Shown in pieces: positions 49,422 to 62,825 of a DNA stretch of 63,428 bases. Location: assembly GCF_001194135.2 (NCBI RefSeq), contig NC_068999.1, forward strand, positions 36,972,879 through 37,036,306, in the 5' to 3' direction. Under the pieces are notes generated by a model that saw only the letters and a list, made by a program, of their open reading frames with translations, did no database searches and had not been told where the DNA came from. The translations under genes were made by a program, and so were the position numbers. This DNA is from Octopus bimaculoides (taxonomy: Eukaryota). The stretch's first letter is position 1; the number at the start of each line of letters is the position of its first letter.

Positions 49422-49441
49422 GGGATGAGGTNNNNNNNNNN

Positions 49442-49483
<42 letters not shown>

Positions 49484-50179
49484 GGGATGAGGTGGTGAAG
49501 CATGACCTTTGAACATTGGGCCTCACAAAGGCAATGACAGGAGATTGTGACCTTCAGAGATATGCTGTGATTGAGAAGATCCAACAACTAAAGTGAGATC
49601 GCAGCCATGGCCAATGCCAGTGTTGCATGTCCAACCCATTTATGAGTACCCTTGATGCATCAGGCGATATGATATGCTTGAGAAGACCTGTTGAATCAAG
49701 TAAATCCAAAATTGTAGCTGTGGCCATTGGCCCCTGTTCCAGTGGCACGTAAAAAGCACTATCTGAATATGATAGATGCCAGGACCGCCTGACTGGTTCC
49801 TGTGCTGGTGGCACGTAAAAAGCATCCACTATACTCTTGGAGTGGTTGGCATTAGGAAGGGCATCCAGCTGTAGAAACACTACCAGATCAGATTAGAGCC
49901 TGGCGCCTCCTACTAGCTTGCCAGTCCTTGGTCAAACCATCCCACCCATACCAGCATGGAAAATGGACATTAAATGATGATGATGAATGATGTCACACAC
50001 ACATACATATATGTATATAGCCTTACATATACATATATACACATACATACATAAACACACTCACACACACATATAAATATATGTATATATACCAACATAT
50101 GCATATCATGTGTGTATATGTATACATGTGTGAGTGTGTATATACATACACATGTATATATACATGTGTGTGTGTGTGT

Positions 50180-50238
<59 letters not shown>

Positions 50239-50272
50239 AAGTATGGGGTTTTAGTTCACAGGTGATCTAAAC

Positions 50273-50545
50273 CAGGGGTTTTCAAACTGTGGTCCATGGA
50301 CCACAGGGGGTCCGTGGACAGCAAATACTTTTTATGGCCAATTTGATTTTATATATGTTTTGTATTCGAAATTTTTTAACTGACAATAAACCTATTTGTT
50401 AAATACTGTTAAATAAACAAATGTAAAAATATGTTATTTTAAGCAAATATTTATGTATAAATTTCATAAGCGTTTATAAGGGGGTTTCTAAGGTAAAGCC
50501 TGAAATATAAAGGGGTCAGCAAGTCAAAAAGTTTGAAAACCCCTG
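50273..50545. mobile_element. hAT (Charlie-type) MITE, 273 bp
   Basis: TIRs CAGGGGTTTTCAAACT and AGTTTGAAAACCCCTG, with a perfect 8-bp TSD ATCTAAAC (50265-72, 50546-53). Confidence 0.95.
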
Positions 50546-50949
50546 ATCTAAACAATTAGGTACGCTAGGCAATTTTTTCCCAATAATAATATTGTATACT
50601 ACTTGAGATGTTTGCCTTGCCTTAATGTTTGGTGTCCTCTTTAGCAATTATATATATACATACATGTATTTGAAAAAATGATCAGAAATGGCTTTTCTGA
50701 TAATTTTTCCACTTTAATAATTAGATCTTTATTAGTTATTAAGCATAATCTTTTTTTAAATACCTAATAACTTACAAACATCTCAGTATTAAAGTGGAAA
50801 AATTATCAGAAAAGTGATTTCTACACCTACAATACTGAACCAAAGGCTTTCTAGTTTTTATTTTACTACACACACACATGCACCTATTTAATTTATCTTT
50901 CACTAGTTTCAGCTAGAGGCTGGGTCCATACTGGAGCACCGCCTTTCAG

Positions 50950-52200
50950 TGTGTATGGGTTTTCTTTCTTTACTGCTTTTGCTGAAGCAGCAGGTTGGAA
51001 GGATGTACTCTTCTTTTTTGCCTCCTGCTGCAGTATAGATTCATCAGGTATTTCAAAGAAAACTGTGTCCAAATGCTCTTTGAAGATCCCCATATCTCCA
51101 CCTCACATACCTCTGAGGTTGTTTGGCAGAATGTTGAATAGTTGTGACCCCTGAAACACAAATTGTTACAGTACTGGGTTCTTATTTGAGATGGAGAAGA
51201 GAGGATATTTGGTATTATGCAGTGCTATCCAGTTCAGTAGTTGGTATTGCTTTCAGCTCCAAAATTGGGAGTTCCACCTTCCAGGATCTTGTTTCTCCCT
51301 ACGGATTAGAGCTTCAGTTCCTTTAGCCTCACCCAGTAGCTCATCGTTTCATTTCATTGAGTCAATCTTCTTTATGTAGTGGAGCTGAATTGCCTCAAAT
51401 TCTGCTATCAGTTTGACACTCTGTGGTGACCACAGATGGGAACAGTAATCCACATGACAGAGAATAAAAATTCTCCTCAGGAGTAGTGCTGGTTTTTTTT
51501 TTTTTTTTCTGGTTCTGAATGATTTCAGAATCCATCCAGCTACTTACCTGAATATTGCTGCCATCTTGGTAATATGTACATGGAATTTTGCATCATTATT
51601 CATGTGGGTTCCCAGTTCATGCATGACTGGGATTACAATACCCACTGGTCCTGTGTATTCTGATTGTTGTCTATTTGTGGGCAAGTAGTGGAGTGCTTGA
51701 AACTTCTCAGCATTGTACTGCATGTTATTTTCATCAGCCCATTTGTATACTGCATGCAGTATAAAAAAGGGGTTGATGAAAATTGTTTAGCAGTTTTAGC
51801 ATATCATCTGGGTCCTTGATTGCCAGTGATATTTTTGTATTATTAATGTAGCTGGTGATAGTGGCTGATTGTATGGCCAACGGAAAGTCTGAGAGGGCCA
51901 CCACAAGCAGCAATGGTCCCAGTACAGTTCCTTGAGGGACTCTGCTGTAGACTGATGTCTCCCCAGGGAGAGCACCATTGGCAGAAACTGTCTAACTTCC
52001 TTTTAGAAAGTCAAGCAGTCACCTAATTTTGCAGTGATGCCAAGGCCATGCAATGTGTAACATATCATTCCATACTTAACTTTGTCAAAGGCCTTGGCAA
52101 AACCAAGATATCACATTCAGATTTGAATAGTTGAGCTGCTGTTTCTGTACCATGACGGAATGCTATTGTAGCTGTGAGAGGCAGACCCCCCCTCCAAAAA
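50950..52200 (-). mobile_element. CR1/Jockey-group LINE RT and 3' end, decayed
   Basis: FAKAFDK near 52085-52105, a frameshifted PQGTVLGP region, and the C-terminal FKEHLDTVFFEIPDE. Similar to the 13100-14010 fragment. Confidence 0.75.
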
Positions 52201-52259
52201 AAAACCATGTTGCATGTTTGTGAGCAAGTTATTTTCTTCTAGGAATGTGATCAGCCTCC

Positions 52260-52291
<32 letters not shown>

Positions 52292-52793
52292 NNNNNNNNN
52301 NNNNNNNNNNNNNNNNNNNNNNNNNNNNNNNNNNNNNNNNNNNNNNNNNNNNNNNNNNNNNNNNNNNNNNNNNNNNNNNNNNNNNNNNNNNNNNNNNNNN
52401 NNNNNNNNNNNNNNNNNNNNNNNNNNNNNNNNNNNNNNNNNNNNNNNNNNNNNNNNNNNNNNNNNNNNNNNNNNNNNNNNNNNNNNNNNNNNNNNNNNNN
52501 NNNNNNNNNNNNNNNNNNNNNNNNNNNNNNNNNNNNNNNNNNNNNNNNNNNNNNNNNNNNNNNNNNNNNNNNNNNNNNNNNNNNNNNNNNNNNNNNNNNN
52601 NNNNNNNNNNNNNNNNNNNNNNNNNNNNNNNNNNNNNNNNNNNNNNNNNNNNNNNNNNNNNNNNNNNNNNNNNNNNNNNNNNNNNNNNNNNNNNNNNNNN
52701 NNNNNNNNNNNNNNNNNNNNNNNNNNNNNNNNNNNNNNNNNNNNNNNNNNNNNNNNNNNNNNNNNNNNNNNNNNNNNNNNNNNNGATCACTGT

Positions 52794-53460
52794 AAAAATT
52801 CTTGATATCAAGAGTGAAGAGAAGTTTCAAGGGGCCAGGAGAGAAAAAGAAAGAGTTGAAGAGATGGAGAACATGGTTAGTGTCACAGATGTGGGAGTGG
52901 AGGGAAGCCACTAGGGGGCCAAGGACATGGTCGAGGTATTTTGAGATCATTTCCGTGGGGCAGTTACAGGCAGAGACAATGGGGCAACTAGGGTTGTTGG
53001 CCTTGTGGATTTTGGGAAGGAAATAAATGATGGTAGGGTGTATAGAGTGCAGACAATGAGGTTTGAGGTGGTGAGAGGGAGATGGGAAGAGGAGATGAGG
53101 TTATGGATAGTGGAGGACATAGTCTGTTGTTAGGCATGGCGCTGGAAGGCAGAGGGGAAAAGGAAGAGGTGTCTTGAAGTTGGCGGAGAGGTTCAGCCTT
53201 GTAGAGGTCTGCATGCCATACCATCACAGCTTCACTCTCATCAGCCAGTTATATGATGATGTCTTGGAAGCGTTGAAGAAATCAAAAGGCTGAGTGTTTG
53301 GCTGGGGAGATGTTAAAATTTCGGGGACACCTGCGAAAGTTAAACCAGTCCTCGACACACAGGCAGATGCTTGGAACTAGCCAGGAGCTGGTGTCCAGTG
53401 GAATGGTCTGTGGCCCAGGTAAGTGAAGCAGTCCTCTTCATTAGATGCAGATGGAGTGTT
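52794..53460 (-). mobile_element. Penelope-like element RT fragment
   Basis: NPSCPIVSACNCPTEMISKYLDHVLGPLV..DTNH..LLFTLDIK, the PLE RT signature (RPIVS..CPTE..S..LD..D). It runs into a gap. Confidence 0.85.
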
Positions 53461-53812
53461 GTGGAATACCAAATTACACTTACATGTTATTGATCAACAT
53501 TAAACTACAACAGAATGTATTGAATCAGTCTGAGGCTACAGTAGAAAATATAGCTCGCTACTGGGCAGAGGTAGAAAAGTATTGTTCAAAATGAATTTAC
53601 AGCAGAAGGTATTATTCAATATGAGGCAGGAGTTGAAGGAATAACTCAATATGAGGTGGAGGTAGAAAGTATAACTCAGCATCAAGCTACAGTATACAAT
53701 GTTGTAAATTGAATCAAGCATAGATCTTTGTGAATGTAAAACAAACCTTTTATCCAAATGGCCATACTTGCACCAGATTTTCATCTGTTATTCTGGTTTT
53801 CTTTTTGTAAAG

Positions 53813-53905
53813 AACTGGTTACTTGCCTGCCTCAGCAATTCGAAGAATAATGTTAGGTCAAAAATTTCCAATCTCAAAGGATTTACTGGATCACCTTCTA
53901 CAAGG
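53813..53905 (+). CDS. EFHC2: EFHC2 penultimate exon
   Basis: TAAAG|A..CAAGG|GTAAGT, phase 2-2: TGYLPASAIRRIMLGQKFPISKDLLDHLLQ-G. Confidence 0.9.
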
Positions 53906-54214
53906 GTAAGTGGAATTTACAGGTATTTGATTTTTTTAATTTTTTAAATCTTTGCTGAGAAGTTCACTTGCCAACTGTGTGGTTTCACGTTCCATCCTTC
54001 AAAAAAGCACTCTATGCAAATGTCTTCTTTGATAACCATAGATTGGGAATGCCTTTTGAATGAAATTCTGTAAATGGCAACCTACCATATACATGCAAAC
54101 ACACATAGGTGCCTTGATATATCTATATCTTTCCATCGATCTATACATATAAATAAATATGGCTGGCTTGTTAGCAATTTTTAAACCAAAAGACAAATAT
54201 TTATATGTCGCTAA

Positions 54215-54339
54215 AGCAACTGTGAGTGCTATTCAGCACCAGTATTGCTAGAAATAAGAGTTAAAACAACTCATAGTGACTACGAGTTGTTTCTACTCTT
54301 ATTTCTAGCAATACTGGTGCTGAATAGTGCCCTCAGTTG

Positions 54340-54341
<2 letters not shown>
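54215..54341. other. 63-bp near-perfect hairpin (1-nt loop), MITE-like
   Basis: 54215-54277 pairs with 54279-54341, with a few mismatches confined to the base and near the tip. Confidence 0.9.
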
Positions 54342-54397
<56 letters not shown>

Positions 54398-54623
54398 TCA
54401 AATTAGAAGAATGAAGAATTTGAACTTTGAAACTTTGTTAATTTCCAGTTAGAATAAACGTCTGACAAACGTTTCAGTTGCTTCACACATATTCATATGC
54501 AGCGATTTATGGATTATTGGTGCAATCTCTTCGGGGTGAATGAATTTGACATCGTTTGAAGAGGAATTTTCCTCAATTACTTTGAGTTATGTTTTGTTAG
54601 AGTCTGGTCTCTGACAATAACAG

Positions 54624-54657
<34 letters not shown>

Positions 54658-55134
54658 TATGATGGGCTTCTTTCAGTTTCTGTCTATGGAATCTACCAAA
54701 TCCATTCACAAGGCTTTAGTTGGCCTAAGGCCATAGTAGAAGATACTTGCCCAAGATGTTACATAGTCGGATTGAACCTGGTGCCATGTTGTTTAGAAGC
54801 AAACTTCTTACCAAGCAAGATTGTCTGTGGAAGACCTGCAGTCACAGATGCAGACCGGTCTCCCCACCTCTCCACATCACAAATGTTGTCCAAAGGAAAG
54901 ACAAAAGCTGATACAACTCAGTGCCAGAGACATTGCAACTCATTTCTAGAACTGAGCAAACTGGAACAACATGAAATAAAGTGTCTTGCTCAAGAACACA
55001 ACACACTACCCTGTCCAGGAATTGAACTCCCAACTGATTCTAAGCCTGATGTTCTAATCACTAAGCCATGTGCCAACAAATACATACATGCATACGTATG
55101 TGTGTGTGTGTATGTATTTGTATATACATATCAT

Positions 55135-56330
55135 CATCATCATCGTTTTAACATCTGATTTTCATGCTGGCATGGGTTGAACGGTTTGACTGAGGACTAG
55201 CAAACCAGGAGACTGCACCAGGCTCCAATCTGATCTGGCAAGGTTTCGACAGCTGGATACCCTACCAAACGCCAACTACTCTGACATTTTAGTGGGTGCT
55301 TTTTATGTGCCACTAACACGGGGTCATTCAGGCAGCACTGGCATAGACCAAACTTGAATGGTGCATTTTACGTGCTACTGAAACAGGAGCCAGTCAAGTG
55401 GTACTGGCATCAGCCACGACAATCAATCAATCTTATTTGGCTCACCAGGTTCTTCTCAAGCACAACATCTCCAAAGATCTTGGTCACTTGTCATTGCCTC
55501 TGTGAGGCCCAACATTCAAACGTCATGTTTCACCACCTCATCTCAGATATTCCTGTGTCTACCTCTTCTGCAGGTCCCACCTCTTTTAGGGTGTGATACT
55601 ACTTCACACAGCTGTCCTCATCCATACATAACACATGACCATACCAGCGCAATTGCCTCCCTTGCACACCACATCTGATGCTTCTTATGTCCAACTTTTC
55701 TCTCAGGTCGCTTACACTCTGTCATGTATGCACACTGACATTACACATTCAGCAGAGCATACTAACTTCATTTCTTTCAAGCCAATGCATTTCCTCAGCA
55801 GTTGCAGCACATTTTTCACTACCATATAGCATGGCTGTTCGCACACATGCACCATACAGTCTACCTTTCAGTCCAAGTGAGAGGTCCTTTGTTACCAGTA
55901 GAGGTAGGAGCTTTGTGAACTTTGCCCAGCCTATTCTTATTCTAGTAGCTATACTCTCAGAGCATCCACCACTGCTACTGATTTGATCACCTAGGTAACA
56001 GAAGCTGTCAAATACTTCTAGTCACACTCCACCCCCCACCCCGGCATGTGATGGAAGCTGTTTTATGCACATTTCCAGTGTTTGTTGCCCATCTGCCACA
56101 CACAAAAACTATCTTCCCAGTTAACCTTCCTTTGAAATTGCTGCAGCTCTTATGAGTCCATAGCTTACACCAGGTACATCTTATGAAGTTTCTACCTATG
56201 CCTTTATCAAGCAGGGCCATCAACCTAAAGAGATTTGTGGTTTGTCTATTTTCTTACTAAGACTTTTGACTTTGCTAGATTTTGTCTTTGCTAAGGCCCT
56301 TCGATTCTTGACCTTGCTTCCACACCTGAA
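55135..56330 (-). mobile_element. RTE-clade LINE 3' portion continuous with the family D tail
   Basis: GWAKFTKLLPLLVTKDLSLGLKGRLYGACVRTAMLYGSE at ~55810-55930, followed by the family D 3' UTR and (GAT)n tail at ~55135. Confidence 0.85.
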
Positions 56331-56376
56331 ATTTCTCTTCTAGTTCTGGTAATAACTCAGCTATTAGAAAGGTCTA

Positions 56377-56380
<4 letters not shown>

Positions 56381-56446
<66 letters not shown>
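56381..56446. repeat. (TA)n microsatellite (representative of many TA/TG/CAT/AAT tracts in the window)
   Basis: Direct reading. Confidence 0.95.
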
Positions 56447-58843
56447 TGCAGGTATAGACATTCTCACATGCATTCGTATATTGAAATGCTTGTGTGTGTA
56501 TTCAATATATCATCATCATCATCATTTAACATCTGTTGTCCATGCTGGCATAAGTTAGATGGTTGATCAGTTAGGAGGCTGCACCAGACTTCAGTCTGAT
56601 CTGGCATGGTTTTCTACAGCTGGTTGCCCTTCCTAATGCTAACCACTCCAAGAGTGTAATGGGTGTTTTTATGTGCAACTGGTACAGGTGCCATTTGTGT
56701 GACACTGATATCTGTCATGACTGCGATTTTGTTTAGCTTGATGGGTCTCCTTCTCAAGCATGACATAATGCCAAAGGCCTCGGCCATTGCCTCCATGAGG
56801 CCCAGCACTCAAGAGAAACTCAGCCACTTTGCCTTCGTGAGGCTCAATACTCGAAAGCAACTCAGTCACTTTACCTCTGTGATACTCAATGTTCAAATGG
56901 TGCTTTTAAATATTCAAATATATGAATGTATGTGAGTGTGTGTATTTTGGTAGCAGTGCTGTGGCTGGTGGTTATAACTTGTCTCAATCTTTTTTTAAGT
57001 ATTTCATACAGTGTTATCTTTAAGAAGCCAGTTGATTGATTGCTAGATTCAAGGAAGGCACCTTTATATTGTAGCTTGATGTACAAGGAAAAGTTAACAA
57101 ATATACTTCAGATGACACTCTTTTGTCTGAATATGAGTGCAGGCATGGTTGTGTGCTTCAGAGATTTGCTTCACTATGACATAGTTTAAGGTTCAATTCC
57201 ATTGCATGGCACTTTGAACAAGTGTCTCCCACTATAATTCTCAGTGTCAAATTTCAGAGACAGAAAGATTGTGAGAATCTATAGAAGTAACTACTCTTCC
57301 TTTTGAATGGTAGACTATCCATTATCCAGTCTATTTAAAACTCTCACATGGCCCTTTGGTGCCTTTATCAGAATCCATTCTGTTGCAAGAATTTTGACCT
57401 GGTCTCTGCTTCCTTTCAGCTGTCTTGGAGCTTTCTATAAACTTACAGAGACTGTATTCTCCAATAGCGAATACATTTGATGGTAGAGTTCCATATATAC
57501 TATATCTGGAAAAAAAACTTAATTTTTTGTTCTTTGTCACTCGCTGAAAAAGGGGCATTTTTCATAATTGTTGGAATGTCTCCAATACTGGTGAGGTTGA
57601 TGCTGTTAAATGTTAAAATCTAACACTGCAAAAAAGACATGGGCAAGAAGAGGAAATTCCAGAGGCTGATGTTACAGAGAGCAAAGACTAGGAATTCTGG
57701 TGAGATGACAGGGGTAGTGAGAGATAGAGAGAAAAGTGGGTTGGGAGTTAGTCATTGCTGGAATGTCTTTGATTATAAGTTAACTTGTTCTGGGAAGTTG
57801 CACAGTTAAACAAAAATATGTAAAAGCAGGAGAATCTTTACCAGTTAATTTCACATGCTAGTAAAAGCAATTGAATGTCTCTCAGATCTCATCCTATTGT
57901 CTTTAAAAAATGAGAACACAGTGGATAGTGTGTCGTTGGATAATATCCTTCTGAAGGCATGCGGCTGAAGATGGTGCCCCAGCATAGCTCTAGTTCAATG
58001 ACTGAGACAAAAGAATTAGTTTTCGATACACTCTAGACAAGATGGTCGAAGCTGGAACGTCTCTCATTATAAATCCTCTTAATTAAAACTCATGTAGGTT
58101 ATAGATGCCAACATCCATAAGATGAGACAACAAAAATACCTCCATGAGGATCAATGAAATTGCTAAAAATAATAGCTTAGATTAGTTTTGAATTGAATTT
58201 CCTTAAATTAATTTAATTCTTTATTTTAATCAAGTTATTCAATTTATTTTTCATCTAAGTAGTATTTAATATAAATACATTGAGATCCAAGTTACAACCC
58301 CATGATGGTGATCTATACTGAGACAATGCATCCACAACCTAGCCATACCTAATCCTATCTAAGATGCAATTCCAGTCCTTTATTAATACTAAAGAGCAAG
58401 ATGTTCCAGGGATGTTGAAGAAACTTGAAGACATCCTGTCATTTTAACCAAGATGAAGCATGCATGGTTTCTAGTCAGATTGGTCAATTAGTTTTTAAAT
58501 TCTTGTACAATGAAAAGTTTGATTTGGACTGATAACAAATTTAAATGTTACAAGGGATTTAGATTCGGTCTTTACTAATATTTCTACCAAATACTAGCCC
58601 CCAATGAATTGTATATCTTTAAGACAAGCATTATCTGAAAAGAAAAGTTGTCCTCCAATGACAAACACAACAGTGATTCACATATTTGCTTTTGAAACTG
58701 CATGAATGTATTAATAATGAATATGTACATTATCGTATAGATTCTCATTATTTTCCATGCACATGATTATTCATCATAATAATTATATATCACAAATAAT
58801 TATATACCACATTTATTCCTGTTCTATCTCCTGATTTTTTTAG

Positions 58844-59036
58844 GTTCACTAATGAGGAATGTTCTATTGAGTACGAAGAGCTTGTTAGTAAAATTGACTG
58901 GCAAGCACATCAACTTTCACAAATTGTGGATGGAGATACAAATCTGCTGAATGTAATGAAAAGCAAGGTGGTAGTTGATGATGTGGCATATGAACAGCTG
59001 ATTAATGCTCTCTACCCAGATGAAGAATTACAGTAG
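58844..59036 (+). CDS. EFHC2: EFHC2 terminal exon
   Basis: TTTAG|G acceptor, phase 2: FTNEECSIEYEELVSKIDWQ..VAYEQLINALYPDEELQ*, stop TAG at 59034-36. AATAAA at 59289. Confidence 0.9.
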
Positions 59037-59312
59037 TTTCACGAGTGTGTTATGCAACATGTATTTTATGTGTACACGTGGATGTATGTGTATACATATG
59101 CATGCATGTACACACACACACACTCACACATATGAGTGAGTGGACAAACAAAAGAATGACACTCAACATATTTACTGGCAGTTACATGTATGGATCAAAA
59201 CAGCTTTGATTCAAGTTTGTTGTTTCTGAGTTTCAAGTGTGATGCTAATCTTCAGCCATTTTCAGCCGTTGGAATACCAATGAATTTGAATAAAACTATT
59301 TTGATACATCCA

Positions 59313-59347
<35 letters not shown>

Positions 59348-59875
59348 TATAGGTTTTTCATTGAGTTTACTATGGTTATTTGTAGTGTTTGTTAGAAGGG
59401 AAATCATACTTTTAATTTTTTCAACTCCTACAGAACGAATTCTGTATACATAGAAATACATATAAATACACATAAACACATATATTCATACACACACACA
59501 TGCATATAAATACACAGGTACACACATGAGAATTATGTGTGTGCTTGTGAATGTGTTGGAGGAAAAATATACATAATGTAGGATAGCTAGGCAGGTAGAG
59601 TGGAATAAATGAACATACATATCTATACATACATTTGAGTTTGCATTGGAAATAACAGGATTTCAGAATAAATATTAGATTATACGTTCAAGATTTCAAA
59701 CTCTTTAGGGTCATCTTTGTCTTACTTTGTTTGAAGGTCAATAAAATAAATACCTGTCATTTACCTGAGTTGATTCAATCAAATCATATAAATTTGATAC
59801 CTTGTACCACTAACATAAGCATTTCATCCAGCATGCTTATGATTCTGCCAGCTTGCTCCCTTAATAATAATGATG

Positions 59876-59909
<34 letters not shown>

Positions 59910-60699
59910 TGATGATGACCACAAAAGTAGAAGGTGGGGTGAGCACCATTTTTAATAATGCTTGCTTGGAAATTTCTGGTTAACAGGCACTAATCCTCAG
60001 TTACTATAATGAAGCTCTCTGTTTCTGATTTGAATACAGATATTTTAGTTCAGATATGACCACTGATGGATCATATCTGAACCAACATCAGGATTGCTGG
60101 TAGGAACATTGCCACATCGGATAAAATACTTAGCATTTCTTTCAGATTTACACTGTGATTTCAAATTCTGCCAAAGTCAATTTTGTCTTTCATCTTTTCA
60201 GGGTAAATGAAATAAATACCAGTTGGACACTGGGTTAAATATTTGGCTCATCTTCTCCACCAAAATTTCAGGCCTTACACCTTTGTAAAAAGAATTTATC
60301 ATTATTATTATTATTATTATTATGGCTGCCATACTGTGAAGTCACATAAATTTGGTGCTCCGTAAGTTGAAAAAGTATTTGTAATCTTTTCAGCCTTCAA
60401 AGGCCCCATTTTTGTCATTTCTATTGTCACCATTACATTTCTCAGATTATCTGGACTGTACAGATAGTAATTTTGTGTAGAAATATCCCCCTTTTTGCAG
60501 GGGGTGCACTTCTATAAAGTTTGAATTTTAACTGCTTTCAATAAAAGCAAATATTTTGGAATATTCTGTAATTATTTCAAAAGGCATCATAATGTTCAAC
60601 AACGATAATTACTTCTTTTATTGGCTGCAAGGACTAATATAAAGATACATAAAATGAGATGACACAAGTATGAATGCCAGTGGGTTTTCAAATCAATTA

Positions 60700-61730
60700 A
60701 ACATTATAAACAACAATAAAAAATTAAACAAAATAAAACTCCCAATAGGGGAGGCACTTTAAGGTCCTTGTAGAAAAACTCAGAAAAGCCACAGGTACCT
60801 GATCAACAGGGCAAAAGCCCTTCTCCTGTTATCTTTCACAGGTGTACACTCAGAATTGGTCCTTTCACACTGGCCATTCTTCCAATATTCACCCACCTTT
60901 GAATAAACTTGTTACAAGGCAACAATTCCCTCTCCACCCTCAACTTCCTTTTCAAGTGAAACTTGAAGAAGTCGACGAGGGCTTGGCCAAAGAGGAAAGT
61001 GTCTCACTTTAGCCGTTTCAGACAAGTCCACCATACTACTCCTTTCGCTACAGTCACCAGACAAATAAAAATTACCTGCTTCTCCTGGCCAATTGAAGGG
61101 TGACAGGGTAATCTTCACTATGGATTCAGCTGATAGCCAGGTCTGTCCTACACACAACTCCAGGTATTCGACATAAAAACCCACATGTCAGTAATACTCA
61201 GGCACTGGACAAGGGTGTGCAGAATGGTTTCATCATTCTAGCCGCACTACAGGCGGGACCGACTGATGGCACTTTCATGCCTGTAAAGTTTATCTCGTAC
61301 AGGCAGTGGCCCTTGGTAGCACTGCTAGGCAAGGGATTTCTGGAAGTTATCCACTGACTTAAGCCCAAAAGTTCTCCAAAACAGACCAGTTGGTTGATTC
61401 TCTTTGACACCTAGAGTTTCTCTGAGAACATTGTTGCACTTCCACCCCCCCACCTAACACTCTTTAGAATGCTAGAGTGGAACTACCACCAACCACATTG
61501 CCTGCCTGGCAGAGAGCTGTGAGCACTTGATGGCACTCAAGATGTCACGCGACCCTCCTCAGTCTACACCTAATCCAGGACTGCAGCTCAATGAATGAGA
61601 TGAGATGAGCTGCAGAAAAGTGAGTCTGACAAATGGTGGCCACACCTGCTCACCGTCAAGGAAACGCTGGAGATGCCATAGCCTGAGCGCATGTTTGCAC
61701 ATCAGCTGCACATTCAACTCGATGTTGAAT
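60700..61730 (-). mobile_element. Tx1/L1-group LINE ORF2 C-terminus and 3' UTR, decayed and 5'-truncated
   Basis: HALRLWHLQRFLDGEQVW, a zf-RVT-like C..NDETILHTLVQC, and ALVDFFKFHLKRKLRVERELL..FIQRWVN remnants with stops. Confidence 0.75.
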
Positions 61731-61761
61731 TGATGTCTTTCATTATTTCTTTGTTTTATTA

Positions 61762-62070
61762 TGTAGTGGCGCGTGTGGCCGCCATCTTGGGAAGTGCCAT
61801 TGCGCATGTGCAAGGGACTTGCCGTCAGCGGAAGTACCCGAATACGCATACGCAATGCAACAGGTTGAGAGAAAGCTACAGCGTCCGATCTCTTCTCCCT
61901 CTAGCAGCGGTGGTGACAACACGTATCTCCCAACTCGACCTCGATATGTGGTCGAAGCTTCTTTGGTATTCTAGCGGCATGCCTATTCACCCAGGAACGA
62001 AACGGCTCTACACCAACCGAGAATAAACTATTGATCTGTTGTTACCGTTATCCCTCGTGTTGTTGTATTT
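61762..62070 (+). mobile_element. LTR-like, CpG-rich segment (no intact 3' CA terminus)
   Basis: Starts TGTAGTGG. Contains the YY1-type GCCGCCATCTTG, the ETS-type CGGAAGT and AATAAA at ~62023. No matching TSD found. Confidence 0.4.
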
Positions 62071-62825
62071 CTGGTGTTGAGCACCAGTCTTTTTGGAATT
62101 TGAGTTGTCGATAACGTAGAGTTTTTTATGTGAGTTGCGAAGTTGAGTATTTTTTGTTGTAAAATTGAGTGTCAATCATTGGTGTTAATTGTTGATATTG
62201 TTCGTGTTTTTTTTTGTGTCTTCCCGTTGTGGAAAATGGAGNNNNNNNNNNNNNNNNNNNNNNNNNNNNNNNNNNNNNNNNNNNNNNNNNNNNNNNNNNN
62301 NNNNNNNNNNNNNNNNNNNNNNNNNNNNNNNNNNNNNNNNNNNNNNNNNNNNNNNNNNNNNNNNNNNNNNNNNNNNNNNNNNNNNNNNNNNNNNNNNNNN
62401 NNNNNNNNNNNNNNNNNNNNNNNNNNNNNNNNNNNNNNNNNNNNNNNNNNNNNNNNNNNNNNNNNNNNNNNNNNNNNNNNNNNNNNNNNNNNNNNNNNNN
62501 NNNNNNNNNNNNNNNNNNNNNNNNNNNNNNNNNNNNNNNNNNNNNNNNNNNNNNNNNNNNNNNNNNNNNNNNNNNNNNNNNNNNNNNNNNNNNNNNNNNN
62601 NNNNNNNNNNNNNNNNNNNNNNNNNNNNNNNNNNNNNNNNNNNNNNNNNNNNNNNNNNNNNNNNNNNNNNNNNNNNNNNNNNNNNNNNNNNNNNNNNNNN
62701 NNNNNNNNNNNNNNNNNNNNNNNNNNNNNNNNNNNNNNNNNNNNNNNNNNNNNNNNNNNNNNNNNNNNNNNNNNNNNNNNNNNNNNNNNNNNNNNNNNNN
62801 NNNNNNNNNNNNNNNNNNNNNNNNN

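Noticed and set aside
49228-50239. ORFs rich in YIYIY/THTHT/CVCVC (many across the window)
   Set aside because: Translations of (TA)n/(CA)n microsatellites.
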